A stretch of 59,580 bases of DNA, filler included, from Sphacelaria rigidula (Eukaryota), in the NCBI GenBank assembly GCA_964200075.2. It is 9 parts of 9 records of this genome, joined end to end, with 100 filler letters (N's around TTAATTAATTAA, not from the genome) between each part and the next. Parts side by side here need not be neighbours in the genome. Positions count along the whole stretch, not along the records: positions 13,265 to 19,796 come from CAXNAA020019517.1; positions 19,897 to 26,427 come from CAXNAA020019518.1; positions 26,528 to 33,058 come from CAXNAA020019519.1; 6 more parts are not named here. One strand, written 5' to 3'. Both the position numbers and the translations under genes were made by a program. The notes under the pieces were generated by a model, which was given only the letters and a program-made list of their open reading frames with translations, did no database searches and was not told the DNA's origin. Shown piece after piece: positions 13,839 through 26,991 of the stretch; position 1 is the first letter of the stretch; the number at the start of each line of letters is the position of its first letter.

Positions 13839-14345
13839 TTTGAATAGCTCCTCCTGCTGTCCGAGATAATTCCTCTTTTCGCCCGATTCAGATCGGGGAA
13901 AAAGAGGAATTATCTCGGACAGCAGGAGAAGCTATTCAAAACGGATCCTTTTCTCGCCAAATTTATTTGGGCAAAAAGAGGATTTATTTCGAACGGCAGA
14001 AGAACCTATTCCGAATATATCCTTTTTTCGCCCAATGAAATTAGGGAAAAAACGTTTTATTTCGAACAGCTTCTTCTGCTGCACAAATTCCATGCACACT
14101 GGCAGATTTGGAATTTGAACAGGAGAAGAACCTCGAAATAAATCTTCACTTTGCCCTCCACTTCATCCGGGCAAAAAGAGATTTATTGCGAACAGCATCA
14201 ACTGTGCAGATCCCGCATACTGCACCGTTATCAGCGTATGGGATCTGAGACGCAGGAAAAATTATTGAAAGTAATTCATCCTCTTGCCCCCGAGTTCATG
14301 TACCAGTTGGGCTAAAGGACGAATTCCCAACAGCTTTTGCTGAAT
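13839..14345. repeat. Near-perfect ~100-bp hairpin followed by degenerate palindromic units
   Basis: TTTGAATAGCTCCTCCTGCTGTCCGAGATAATTCCTCTTTT ... AAAAGAGGAATTATCTCGGACAGCAGGAGAAGCTATTCAAA; repeated GGGCAAAAAGAG..TTCGAACAGC variants downstream. Confidence 0.8.
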
Positions 14346-14525
14346 AGATTGCTCTGCTTCGCATCGCGCTTCCAGTTTTCCTATCCTTTCATAGACTGGA
14401 ATGGAATGGAAAAGGGACAGAAGAGACAGACGCCTTCAATGAAGAGCGATGGGACTCGCCTTCTTTGGCGGCATCTGAGCCGCCGACGTGAAGGAGAGAG
14501 AGTGCTAGAGCTGTAAGGACCCTTT

Positions 14526-14636
14526 TTAACCCTTAGACCGCGAAGCGGGTAGTCCATCTGGATCACACATTTTTTTTTTCAAGTGAAAATTGATGCCGAT
14601 TCAGCAGGTCACCCCCGGTTGCGGTCTAGGGGTTAA
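14526..14636. mobile_element. ~110-bp piggyBac-like MITE flanked by TTAA; relatives at ~13491-13602, ~36160-36250, ~36751-36860 and ~49604-49716
   Basis: TTAA-CCCTTAGACCGC...GCGGTCTAGGGG-TTAA; shared internal TGATGCCGATTCA motif. TTAA flanks and CCC..GGG ends are piggyBac hallmarks. Confidence 0.75.
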
Positions 14637-14864
14637 CGAAGGGGATTATCTCATTTTTTACAATCCTCTTTTGACAGGGGATTGGCCCAATTACGAGCAG
14701 TCCCCAGTCCTATCGGCAAGCAGATTTGTACAGATTCAAACCCAGATCTACGCGCAGGTTGAGAAATGCGGCGAGTCTGGAAGTGGTCGTTAGTCCAAGC
14801 AGGTCCAAGGTCTGTGTAATGCTGCAGACAAGACATAACAAGGCAACACAACATCTGCACGCTC

Positions 14865-15250
14865 AGCCCCGAAAAAACACGCAGACACCCACCACTCACG
14901 CGCACTAGTTCCACTGCTAGCCCTTGCTAATCTACAGACGGCAGTCTTTGTTTGATATAAATCCGTTCTGTATTGGATGAATGGCGGCTGCGTGCGTGTC
15001 AAAAACAACCGAAAACGTGTCGTAGCTGACCGTTATGTAAGCGTGTGCTGCGCGTGCGTCTCACACAAATCATCATTTCTCGATTAAGTCTGAACAGATG
15101 TGAGCAAGGTCACCCACAACGTGCACAGGTGATGAGAACAGCTACGGCTCGATTTGCTGTCAAACAAAGACTGTTGTGTGTAGATTACCAAGGGCTAGCA
15201 CAGTGAAACTAATGCGTGTGAGTGGTGGGTGTCTGTGGGTGTTTTTTCTG
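14865..15250. mobile_element. MITE-like element with ~70-bp imperfect TIRs
   Basis: AAAAAACACGCAGACACCCACCACTCACGCGCACTAG..CTAATCTACA is inverted to TGTAGATTACC..GCGTGTGAGTGGTGGGTGTCTGTGGGTGTTTTTT. Confidence 0.7.
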
Positions 15251-15548
15251 AGAGCACCACTTGTACAAACCCGCCCGCGCCAACGGTGGAAAGAAGGATC
15301 CACCCCAACCTATTATTATGAACGACGCTGCGTCGTTTTTTCAAATCTGGAGCTCACACCATGTTCGTCGTGAAGTGTTCAAATGCACAACAGCACAGCG
15401 ACAACTACAGCATAGAAAAGTGGGGGGGAATATAATGATAAATATATTAATTAATTATTAATAAATCAAATTAAAGATTGTTTGAAGATGGATGGTTGGA
15501 TGGTTGAGGATGGATGGTTGATTTATTTTTTTTAACAAGGGAAAGACA

Positions 15549-15790
15549 ATATGGATCGAAAATACCTGAACCCTTCGGGAACCCAGCGCTCATTTTTGTT
15601 CTTGTGAATCGGCATCATTTTGACTTGAAAATGACTGAAAATGATGCCGATTCACAAGAACAAAAATATGGATCGAAAATACTCGACTACCCTTCGGGAA
15701 CCCAGTGCTGATTTTTGTTCTTGCGAATCGGCATCATTTTGACTTGGAAATGACTGAAAATGGTGCCGATTCACAACAAACACAAAAATC
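15549..15790. repeat. Two ~119-bp tandem units, each containing a hairpin with ~29-bp arms
   Basis: ATTTTTGTTCTTGTGAATCGGCATCATTTT..AAAATGATGCCGATTCACAAGAACAAAAAT, repeated with small changes. Confidence 0.8.
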
Positions 15791-15950
15791 AGCACTGAGC
15801 CCCCACAGACTAGGCAATTTTCGCAATCAGACCAGCGGCCTCCGCAAAAAATACAGCGATCCTTCACAGAAGAGGAGCGGACGTAGGTATTTTGTCGACC
15901 CCAGTGATATCCGTTATCGCCCGCGATCGAGCGGCCTGTGTACTTGGTCA

Positions 15951-16250
15951 ACGGTTTTCCCATCAATGGGGACCTCAAGGCACAAGGTCATAGGTACATC
16001 CCACAAGGAGTGGACGTGGTCATACGTCCGTGTTCCTGGATGCTGCCAGCTTGCAACACTGAGGAAGCCAAGGGGATCGCATCCGATCACAAACTTTCAG
16101 ATTGAACCGTCCGGATGACCGGATATGATCTCCTTGCCTCAGCGTCCCAAGCCGGCAGCACTCAGGAAGACAGGAGCATGACTCCGTCGACCCCTTGTTG
16201 GAGGTACCTATTACCCTGTGTCTTGAGATCCCCTCTGGTGGGAACACCGT
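15951..16250. repeat. Foldback with ~135-bp imperfect inverted arms
   Basis: Segments such as CTCAAGGCACAAGGTCATAGGTAC / GTACCTATTACCCTGTGTCTTGAG pair around a centre near 16100. Confidence 0.7.
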
Positions 16251-16614
16251 TCTCAACCACGTCACTATACTCGGGAAGTGGGGCCGACATGTAAATATTC
16301 AGCATAATTTGAGCTGATTTGGGGGTGCCAAAAATAATGATGGCAAAGGGGTTGGGTGAGGGCGAGATAGTTTGACGTGTCGGATCCACACAGAGGCGGA
16401 TCTTTTGCGTCTGGGATTATATGGGAGGTTGCAGATGAAATTAGCTGAAGAGAAAAATAGTCCACGTTCGAGAAAATTTGAAATTAGCCGAAGAGCTCGA
16501 ACGTGAAGCCGTTATATATACGGGTAGTGTGTGAAATGCAACGTATGTATGTAATCTGCAGAAAATAATAGGGAGATTCTACGAATTCGCTAATGCGTAC
16601 ATAGTAGAAGATTA

Positions 16615-16845
16615 TAACCGAGGAGCTTGATGATGAAGAGTGTGAGATGTGCACTAGGCGAGGCGATATAGAGGCGGATCTTCTGGATCAGTGTTTATGT
16701 GGAAAGGTGTGGAAAAAAATTCAGACTGGTAGCCGAGGAGCTCGATGTTGAAGAGTTTGAGATGTCCACTAGGCGAGGCGATATAGAGGCGGATCTTCTG
16801 GATCAGTATTTATGTGGAAAAGTGTGGGAAAAGATTCAAATAGTT
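16615..16845. repeat. ~116-bp tandem duplication in a region rich in GAGGCGGATCTT motifs
   Basis: CCGAGGAGCT..GAAGAG..CACTAGGCGAGGCGATATAGAGGCGGATCTTCTGGATCAGT occurs twice. Confidence 0.75.
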
Positions 16846-17973
16846 GAGGGTGACGATAAATGAGGAACGTCCGGCGTCTGATGCGCAACGCATGTTCTGT
16901 GCAGTACATGTGCAGCAGGCGAGGCGGCGTAGAGGTGGATCTTGTGGGCATGGGATATGAGTTGGCGAAGATGTTTGTTTTTAGGAGTAGTGAAGCAGGC
17001 AATCGGTAGATGCGGCGAAAATTCACCGTTTGACGATCTACGAGGCACGTTTCGCGTGTAAAGTGCAACGTATGTTCTGTGCAGTAGGAGAGAAGTAGGC
17101 GAGGAGACAGAGAGGCGGATCTTCTCGTTCTGTATTGTTGTGGTATACATTGCGGTTGAAGAATATCTTGAAGGATAGCGATGTCAGCGAACGGCACATG
17201 CGGGTATAATTTACCGAGAATAAACCGTTTGGCGATATATATATATATATATATTGGAGGATCGGCAGTCGGGTAAATGACCATCAGATTCCGTGATGAC
17301 GGCAATCGGGAATATATATATATAGGGTTCAGCGATGGATAAATACTTTTGAGATTCCCCGATGTGGAAACTCGGGAAGAATATATGGAATATTAGTGAT
17401 GTCAGCGATGGGCAGATGCGGCGACATGTGTGGGGAACGGTAGTCGGTGAATTTTTCAGAATGTAGTGATGGTGAGATAAACACGAACGCTTCGAATGGT
17501 GTTAGACGCGCAAACCGATGTGTGATTATGAATTGGCGGCGGGAGTTGACATTAGGGAAACATGACCCAGGACGCGATACGGTACGTCATATTTATTCCC
17601 GGCTCAGTAGTACATCCTACCTGACATCGGTTATGATCGTAATCTTACAACAATACTTGGTATAGCTATTGTAATAATACATGCTGCATACTATACATAC
17701 TACGGTAGCGTACGTAAGGATGCGGTACAGCGTCGATCGTTACGGTGTACTTGGTACATACTGTACATACTGCTACGGTAGTGGAGTAGGATATGCCAAT
17801 AATACCGTAACCATACGAACTTTCGTTGTAAGACGAATATATCTCCTTTGCTGTCGCTCTCGTACAATTACCTGGTACTCTGTGAGGGAAACGCTTTTGA
17901 AACTCCTTCGAGTCCGTCCCAACTCGGACCAGCCAAAGCGCGCTATTCCGCCTCCTTACGTTCGTATGTGTCT

Positions 17974-18103
17974 GTAACGCCGTTAGGAACTCCAATTTGT
18001 TTCATTGTAAATATATTTATATATCAGTAACGCCGTTAGGAACTCCAATTTGTTTCATTGTAAATATATTTGTATATCAGTAACGCCGTTAGGAACTGCA
18101 ATT
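17974..18103. repeat. ~54-bp minisatellite, about 2.5 copies
   Basis: GTAACGCCGTTAGGAACTCCAATTTGTTTCATTGTAAATATATTT repeated. Confidence 0.85.
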
Positions 18104-18534
18104 CTTTTTTCGTGACGACGGGACGCCAATATGGTTCTTGGATGTAACTCTTCTTGTACAGTTCGATGATGAAATGTTTTCAAGCAATGATGCAGTTCAA
18201 GTACCTGTCGGTGTGACTCTTTTTCGTGGTCTACAGTAAACTGTACGTGCATTTTTTGTGTGATGACAGCAGAACGAGTGTTGATACCTCAGTAAAAAGT
18301 CGCAGCGGCATGACATGGCAGAGTGGGGCATCACGTAACGTATTTTGTATTTACATGTGGTATCTCCTGGCGGTAGGTGGCAGAGGGACTGGCAGACTCG
18401 TTTCAGTACCAAAACGCCCTTGAAATATGATGTAAATCAGGGGTACATCAAGTTAAAATAAGAAGGAACATAACCCCAAAACGCTGAAAAAGAGGGATCG
18501 GGGGGGTTGGGCGCCGGGCCGCAGGCCTGTGCTA

Positions 18535-18660
18535 ATTACTTGAATTTAGTGTAGTATGAGACAACTTGATCTTAGTGTGGCTGTAAACTACTTGATCTTA
18601 GTGTGGTTATCAACTACTTGAATTTAATGTGGTATTCAAAAACTTGATTATAGTGTACAG
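18535..18660. repeat. ~26-bp degenerate repeats (ACTTGA..TAGTGT), resembling DNA-transposon subterminal repeats; inverted relatives at ~22865-22985 and ~24430-24525
   Basis: Five ACTTGA(A/T)-AGTGT-like units; ATCAAGT arrays in contig 4. Confidence 0.55.
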
Positions 18661-21157
18661 TTGTATAACATTTGGTAATTGTATGGACACTGAAGCGAGG
18701 TCAAACAACAACACGTGCCAAAGCTGGACATCGACCAGTACAGATTGTACACCAATCAGCGAGTGTGGTGCTCTTCAGCATTGCTTGAAACAGTGGATAG
18801 AGCTTGAGCAGTTAGACAGAGTTTGTCTTTTACCGTGTAAGATGTATGATACGTGTACGTATGCACTCATATAGCTAACAGAGATGCGTGAATCGTACAG
18901 TCGCATGTGTACTCCATGACCAGCAGGCCTAGTTCATTTTGCTATCTAATGTGAAAGGAAATACCATGAAGAAGGGTAAACTCCTCGATCTGCAGCTACA
19001 GCCAATAGTGTACTGCAGACCGCAATCAACGTGTACCAGCTGAGAGGATGGCCGATACCAGCGCCGCAACAGAGGTTGGTAGTTCGAATGATGGAGGCGT
19101 TTCACAGGCAGTGGAGGAAAGCATGGAAGCTGAGAATACCAACACATCCGATGCAACGTGAGTTTATTTGGGTGTCGTTAGCAGCAGAACAGCAAGCACT
19201 GAACAAAACATGTACTGATGGTACACCAGAGTAGGACAATATGGGTACATGCGCAACCAACGCCGCGCAAGCATTAGAGTACGAGGAGTGCGGTGATACG
19301 AAACGGCAATGTAACATCAACGTATGCCAGGCGCAGTGGTTGTTGTTTGTGGGTTCTTGTTGTTTGAGGTATCACCAAACACCCTGCCGCGGAGCCATTT
19401 TCGGCCACGCCAAATTGCCAGTACCCGTTTGCGGCAATATATACCTCAGTACAATTTCTACCTTTGCAGGAGGTCGGTTGTCTTTGACACTCGGTGTATT
19501 TGTCAAACCATATCGTGACAAGTCATACCTTACGCACGCTGCATTATAGCCTACCTTAATTGCAATCTAAGTTCTCAATTCGTTTGGATCGGGTATTGCA
19601 TCGGCATTGATCGTCATTCCGGAAACGAAATTCTCGTGTCGCTGGCATACCAGAAAATCAGAGGTCGCTCAGTTGACGTGCCGTTAACACGCAGAAAATT
19701 TGAAGGCGAAAATCGATTAGCCTTATAGCCTCTGCCAGACGATCTGGACAAGAGGGCTATTCAGTGAGGGACTTCTCCAGAATCCACTGGCCTCACNNNN
19801 NNNNNNNNNNNNNNNNNNNNNNNNNNNNNNNNNNNNNNNNTTAATTAATTAANNNNNNNNNNNNNNNNNNNNNNNNNNNNNNNNNNNNNNNNNNNNCTAG
19901 GTTTTGGTGGCTTGTTTTACAGCGCCGTTGCCACTCGACGCCAACCCAAGAGTCTAGAGGTGATGGGGGGCCCGAGCAAGGGGAGGGGCTTCAAAGTGCG
20001 ACAAACAACAACGGCAACAACAACAACAACAACAACAACAATAAGAAGAAGAAGAATAGTAACAGTAATAGTAAAGGAAATACCTCGGCTAGATCCGTGG
20101 AGGATCCGTTATGTGTGACAATCCATCAAAAATCAATAAAATCAAACCACATCGATCAATCAGTACGTCTGTCCCGCGGTAGACAAACAGGTGCACTCTG
20201 CTTCCGTTGATCGATCACCGAGCAGAAACGAGAGACAACAAGCAGGCAGTGCGAAATTGGCAAAACTTGGCACAGCCATCGCCTATCAGGTGCGTGCGCC
20301 GCAGTTTTCAAGGGCGAAATGTTGCTGACAACCGACATCAGCCCGCAGGCGTCGGCGTCTCCCGTAGTTCGGTAGCACAACTCCACGGTAATCCAGGGTG
20401 TGGATGATCGGTATTTCAAACAAATGATACGGCATGCGGTAATTTCGATACAGGTTGTGCGATTTCCAAGGGTATGTTTGGCAGGGTAAAATACCCGGGT
20501 ATTTACTCTCCCGAATGTTGTTGTGTTGCGACGGTCCGATCTCCACACTCTACCCGAATATCGGGCAAATATAGGTGCGATCGCATTTCTCTATCCAATA
20601 TCTCTCGGTATTATTGGGTGCGATCTCAGCACTCTCCCCATGTGTCAAGTGCTTAGAGTACGACTTCATCAAATACTCAAATGTAGGCAATATCCCCCAG
20701 CACACACACCCTTGGTGATTTTGTACGGCAGATTCAACGGCGGTAAACCATAGGTCCCTGAGAGAAGCAGCATATATATGTACCCAAAAAACCTGGGCAA
20801 CGATAAACCAGGCTGATGTATGCACGGTCTACTGTAACGGCCAATCTAGACGGTCGCGGAAGTACGGAATTTTGGGGAGGCGAAAACGCCCCGTGAACCA
20901 CTTCACACGAACCCGTGGAATCTAACTTCGTTTGCGCCACACCCATGTGGTGGGAAATGGTGCATCGCGAGGCTTTTGCACCGATGGGCGAATTGAACTG
21001 GGTGCGTGTACAGTACTCGGTTTTCCCGCGAAGCACTGAATCACGGAAGTATAAGCGAATATTCCTACGCTATGCAGGTCAAAATATAAAACTTTTCCGT
21101 ACTTTCGCCGCCGCGTAGAATGTCATCCATACGCCCGACGGCAACTCGCTTTTTCAC

Positions 21158-22275
21158 CTTCAGCCTCAGGTCTTCCGCCGTGCGCTTGAGAGATCTCGCT
21201 CTTTCCAACAGGCGGGCACTTGGCGCACCATTGCTCAGTTGTAACCTTAGCCTTTATCCGTGCCGTCGCCATGGAGAATAAAATATCACCGTCCACGGGC
21301 GTGCAAGACGCGAAGAGAAAGTAGTGGGGTTTAGTTAGTCATCCCAGGAGGGGGGAAGGGTTGGGCGGGACGAGACTTCTGATCAATTATCGACACCCGG
21401 AGTGGTCGACGGGAGACACACAGTCGCAAATATTTGTCGCCGGAGTAAAGAGGGGGGAACCGGTATACTTATCAGAGTATCGTTCTATACACATCGGGCT
21501 GCCAGTGGACTACTGCAACAGACGGGCAAAGTGGCACGCAATTTCCTGGTTGGTCAACAACGTGAAAACCCATGGAACCTGATTGGTAGATACTCCTTGG
21601 TCGACGGCTGACGTAAGTTTTCGCGCGGAACTTACTCGCAGCGCTGCTGACAGTGCTCGCTCGACGAGCGGGGTTTGATTTCGATGCCGTACCTGGCTAA
21701 AGATTTCTTATCGGCGGCTGCTGCTGCTTCTAGCATGTCCCTGCGCTTCATTAGTTCCGCCGTAGTTCTCTTCCCCTCCTCACGCTCCTTGGACGCGGCG
21801 TCGGCTCGTTGTCTGGCCGCACGTGACTGACCAGAGAGACAAATCGTGCGGGCAAACTCAATTCATACACGATATCCCCCCTCTCGATGCCCGACTCTAT
21901 AATAATGCGCGGAATCGCGAAGAAAACAGAGACAAAACCGAGGGACGGCGGGACTCAACAACAAGCGAGAGAGTTCCGGCGAACAGGAGGAGGGTTTCGC
22001 CACTACGATGCCGCGGCATTCCACGTTTTATGCATAACCCGCGGCATCTTTTTTGTTGTACTTTTCTTGGCAATCACCAAGGTTTAGTTGATACGACGGT
22101 GCTAACTCACTGTATTAACTCTCTGTTCACGATAGAATTGTGCAGCAGTCGTTCAAGAGCAAGAATAATACATGTTTGAGCGCCCTGTTCGGGTACAGGC
22201 GCCCCCGTTCGAGGTTCACATACGCCTGGTACAATAGGCTCCCCCACCCGCGCCCGATCGCCGTCGCCAGCAAAC
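21158..22275 (-). CDS. Possible exons of a host helical/coiled-coil protein gene (best exon 21826-21693)
   Basis: tcag|SRAARQRADAASKEREEGKRTTAELMKRRDMLEAAAADKKSLA(R)|gtacgg joins in phase to LQLSNGAPSARLLERARSLKRTAEDLRLK|gtgaaa (~21246-21158). An upstream candidate exon reads MAVQQLSLL..RALKH. No family recognised. Confidence 0.4.
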
Positions 22276-25200
22276 TGAGCTGCTGCACAGCCATGGCTTA
22301 CCAGAAATATTCCAGAACCCCCCCCCCCCCTCCCCACCTGGTAGACCGAAAATATACATATCTTAGTCGCTTTTTTTACCTAGAATGTATTAGGACCTGT
22401 CGACAAATTTGACAACTTGGCAGTATATTTTGGTGGCTCCATCCATCGTGGCAAGATGCGTCGCCTTGCGGTCGTTCGATTGTGACGTATGACATTGCAT
22501 GACGGCATCTACGATAGGGTGGTACAGTAAAAAAATCGCCTGCTTGTTGTGTGCATGCAGACCAGGCCGAAAAATGTTTGTAGTTCAGGTGTTGTGTGTG
22601 GGCAATATAGTTGATGTAGCTGAGCAGAACAGTGACAAGTGCGATACACAGTACATGAGACCTCGGCCCATCAAGTCACTTCCAGCAACACCAAAACGCC
22701 AGTACAAAAAATACCAAGACAAAAACTATGCCTTGTTTCTGTTATCTCGGATGGACTTCGAGCCTAAACCACCCACGCAGGCTGGCTACGAAAAGTACAC
22801 TTGAGATGAGCCCGATACCCCGAGCAACATAGCCTCCATTGCCTTCAAATTTCAATATTACGATCACGTAAGCTCACTCGGCAAGTCTAAAATCAAGTGA
22901 ATTGGTTCGCATATACTCAGATCAAGTAACTTGCCTCAGTTTTTGTAATCAAGAGACGTGATTGACCTGTACTCAGATCAACTATTCATCTTGCTTCTTC
23001 ACTCCAAGATGAAGCAACACGAGATTTTACAGATTGGGGATGGATTTTTTATTGAGGATGAGAACCCGGAGAATTAAAATCTTCGTATCCACACCAAATC
23101 TTCGAAATATAGTTCCACTCCTTCATCTACTGGTAGCTATTGACAACTACTGCACGCCATGCAAATTTGGATCCTGATAATCCACATGTTGGGGTCCAAC
23201 CTGAAGAAACAACTTTGGGGAATTTGGATCAAAGTGCGACAATCATTCAAAATCAATTAATCAATCAAGATGATTCGATCAGATTGCCGAAATTCGCAAA
23301 ATTGGTTTCTCACCTAGAGGAAAGTGCCGTATTGGGCCCACCTTAAGCCACCCCTGACGCCAATGGCTGGTTTGTCGGCAGTGTTTCGACTTGAACCGAT
23401 ATTTTGGTATCCAACGATAGCTTAGACTACTCTCCAACATCCCGAAAAAAAAAGAAGAGTGATATGGAGAGGCGGTAGCGGCTCTGGGGTTCATGGTTCC
23501 TCCGCGCAGAAAAGTCTGAAAGCACGTCTGCTGTCCTATCAAGCACATTTTTGCGTATTATGCGAGTACCTGCGTTCTGGAACGTCTCAGAACCCAATAC
23601 TTGGTATGCACATCATGTGTGTACTTGACATCACTATCGGAAGGAAAAAAAAGCACACTCATGCCCATATCCGGGGACAAAAAACAAACACCCCCGGGGT
23701 TCAGGACCGTCGATTTCGGGGCAATTTTTCGTGTATTTTTACTTCATGCGTGCCCCGTGCACGGCAGGCGACGCAAAACCAACAGTTTGATGCATTGATT
23801 GACTGCTGTGTGAACGTATGAAGGCTCCCGAAAACAAATCATGGGTTTTGGTGCCGGTTTGCTCACTTTATGAGGGTTCAAACATGGGCACACGCTCCTG
23901 ATTTCGCCCGTGCCACACTTGGAAGCAATATAAAAAATTGTTGTCGGGTCAAAACTGCTGTAGGACCGACTGCTATACCCTTTTCGCATCCGCTCCTCAG
24001 GTGGCGAGTGCTGTACAGAGCTAAAACAGCCTTCTCAGCCGCCGTAGGTGTAATGTGCTTGCTCCCGTCAGTGCTTCGGGCCGCGTGGGCCACGCTCAAG
24101 TCTACATGTCGTGTCATCTTTTGCTTCGTCCTTAGCACGATCGACACCAACCCAACATCAGCCTGCACGGCCAGTCCCAGTGACTGTGACTGCCGCAGCT
24201 CGTGAGTGACGAGGTCGATCGGCACGCTGAAGAGCGCAAACGAAAGCTGGAGATGTAGACTCACCGTTGCGAACGAAAAAAAGAGGAGTTCCATGTAGTG
24301 AGCGTCATTTTGTGACCGTTTTTCCGAAGTGTGCCATGTCTTGAAGATTTTGTATGGATACGAAGATGTTAATTCTCCGGCTTCTCGTCCTCAACAAAAA
24401 ATCCATTCTCAATTTGTTTAACCCCGTAAGCAACTTGTCTCAGCTAGCCTAAAATCAAGTGACGCGGTTCACCTGTACACAGTTCAAGTAAATTGCGTCC
24501 CAATCTACGAAAATCAAGTAATCGTTTTGAGTATAGAAAATAGTGTGTAGGTAGTTTTATACAGGGTTTGGTATCCGCCTCCCTCCCCTGTGCTCCGTCT
24601 CGAAAGGGATGCGTGGTCATTGGTCAAACGACTAAGGCAAGCAACCAATGAGTACGACCCCCTCCCCCCCCCTGTCCTCCCTAGAGCGCCCGAAACGAAT
24701 GAATGGGGTGTGGGTCCAGGGTTTTTTCCTTGGATAAAATTGGCACAGCAGGAGTCTGCAGCAGTACATATTTTTTCGGATTTGGGATTGCAATTAGTAT
24801 ACGATAAAGAGTGCAGTCTTAAGTCATCACCTTGGCACGGCTCTCATCCGCGGCGGCCTTAAGTTCCTCGTTCTCGTTGGACAGTCGCTGACACTGCAGA
24901 CGAGCCTCCCGTAATTCCCTAACGGATGCAACGAAAACGTCGTGAAACGCCGAGATGGTAATTCTGGACGATCATGTGCGACATGTACTGCTATAATCAT
25001 TATCGTGGTATCCATTTCCGCACACATGGTGAAGACCGTGATGCAACCCAAGCAAAAAACATAGTATCGCGGGCGAAGATAAGGATCAAGCTCATAGCCA
25101 TTAACGATGCACCATCATTACTGGGGGGTGTGCGGAGCTGCACATAAACACCCAATCGTCGTCTAGAAGAGAGGAAACATTATCATCGTGAACGTCCCAG

Positions 25201-26991
25201 AAAACAACGGACCGCGTTTGACGTTTACAACTGTTTCGTCTTTTTTTCCTGTGTACAACACTGGGGTGCAGGCCGACGCCTGGGCGTGAAAGTACGGTAC
25301 CGATGCTATTTGCGGGCAAAAGGGGGGCAGAAATTCAAACTATCTCCGCGAAATGCCTCGTCAACGGAGAGCGTATTGATGCACAAGCGCTACTGTTTGC
25401 GCGGCCCCTCCAGTATGCACAAAAAAACGGGATCTAAGCAGGCTTCGCCTGCCTGCACGTCTTCGACGAGGCTAAAGAGCGAAATCTTAGTCCCGATGTA
25501 CCTGCGATACGAGGCATCCGCCCCACCCTGAACGGTGCTCTCGTGCAGCTTTTCTCTCATGAAAAACGAAGGCACACTGTCGTCAATCAGACAATTTCAG
25601 CTTGTGAAGCAAAATCCTCCAGGGAGGCCTCTCCGCACTTCATTGAGCCCACATCTCCTCGCTGCTTTGGGTCTAGCTATCTCACTCGGCCACATTCGAC
25701 CAATATCGCTTGATGATTCCCGTTTGCCGTCGAGACCCGGTGTTGCGCGCTGCCCCCCCCCCCCCCACACGAGATATTTTCTACGATAGCCCCCCGCAAA
25801 AAAGTGCCTGTTTTGGTGGGGCAAAGTATTCACGGTAATCGAAATAAAAGAAGCCGAGAACAACGAGCAGCTGGGAATTCCCACGCTTGGGGTCGTTCTC
25901 GCCAATGTCCTCCATATGAGGCGCTTCATGCAGCCTGAACCCAAAGATCAGGCGCTGTACGACCATTTTTCTCGTGACACTTGTGGGCTGGTTGTGGGGG
26001 TGTACTCATGATCATGCATGCCATAGTCATCAGACCATTGACCTCGCATCCCTACAAAGCCAGGACAAGAGCACACCAGGTTTTCGCCGGACCAGGCTCG
26101 CACTCAATCACCAAGCGCGAAGCGCCGTGGTGTTATCGGCGAGTCGCATGAAGGGGGGGCTGCATCTTGCTAAGATTGTTCTGCCCGAAGCCTACTAATT
26201 ATTTATCTTGCATTTGGATGACAGTCTCCGATAAGTTGCTTTATTTTCTGGTATCGTCAATCCCTGAGACAGCCACAGCTTATACACTGCCTCATGGGCG
26301 CCTCACCATTTAAACACTACTACGTGGAGCGAGCATCCGACACTTTCTACGATAGCCCCCCCCCCAAACCAGCTAAAAGTGTCGCGAAAAAAATGGCCAT
26401 GAAGCGCCTGATGTTCGGGTTCAGGCTNNNNNNNNNNNNNNNNNNNNNNNNNNNNNNNNNNNNNNNNNNNNTTAATTAATTAANNNNNNNNNNNNNNNNN
26501 NNNNNNNNNNNNNNNNNNNNNNNNNNNGTCGGCGGTTGATGGCGTGGGTCTCAAATGCAACGACAAGTGGTTGGTGGTAGAGCACTCTGGTTCAGCTTAT
26601 AATCCATTGTTATAGGTGAACCTAGGGAACGTATTACCACCGTAAAAACAAAAAACACACAGCTCGTGCCCTAGCTGCTCGTCAGGTGTGCGTGACCTTG
26701 CATTGATCCTATCAGAATTGAATGAGAAACGATGATTTGCGTGCGTGAGACGCGCGCGAACCGGTAATAATTACGTGCGTTGCGCAGTGCCACAGGTCAT
26801 ACTTTGAATAAAACGCCGCTGCTGCTCATCAGCTGAGCACGTTATTTATCGTCCTCGTATGAATCTGTTCAGAATCCAATAAGAAACGACCCGAAAAAAT
26901 GATACCGATTCAATTCTTGAAAGGGTTCGAAACGTCGAAAAGGGAAATGCATCACACGAAATTCGTCGTAACGTCATAACGCCCTGACACC

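Noticed and set aside
17547..17652. Short LTR after a purine-rich tract, ending CAACA
   Set aside because: Poor terminal inverted match, no partner LTR and no pol remnants on this contig.
18525..24570. Apparent large DNA transposon bounded by inverted ACTTGA/TCAAGT arrays
   Set aside because: It spans an artificial spacer, so the two ends are on unrelated contigs.
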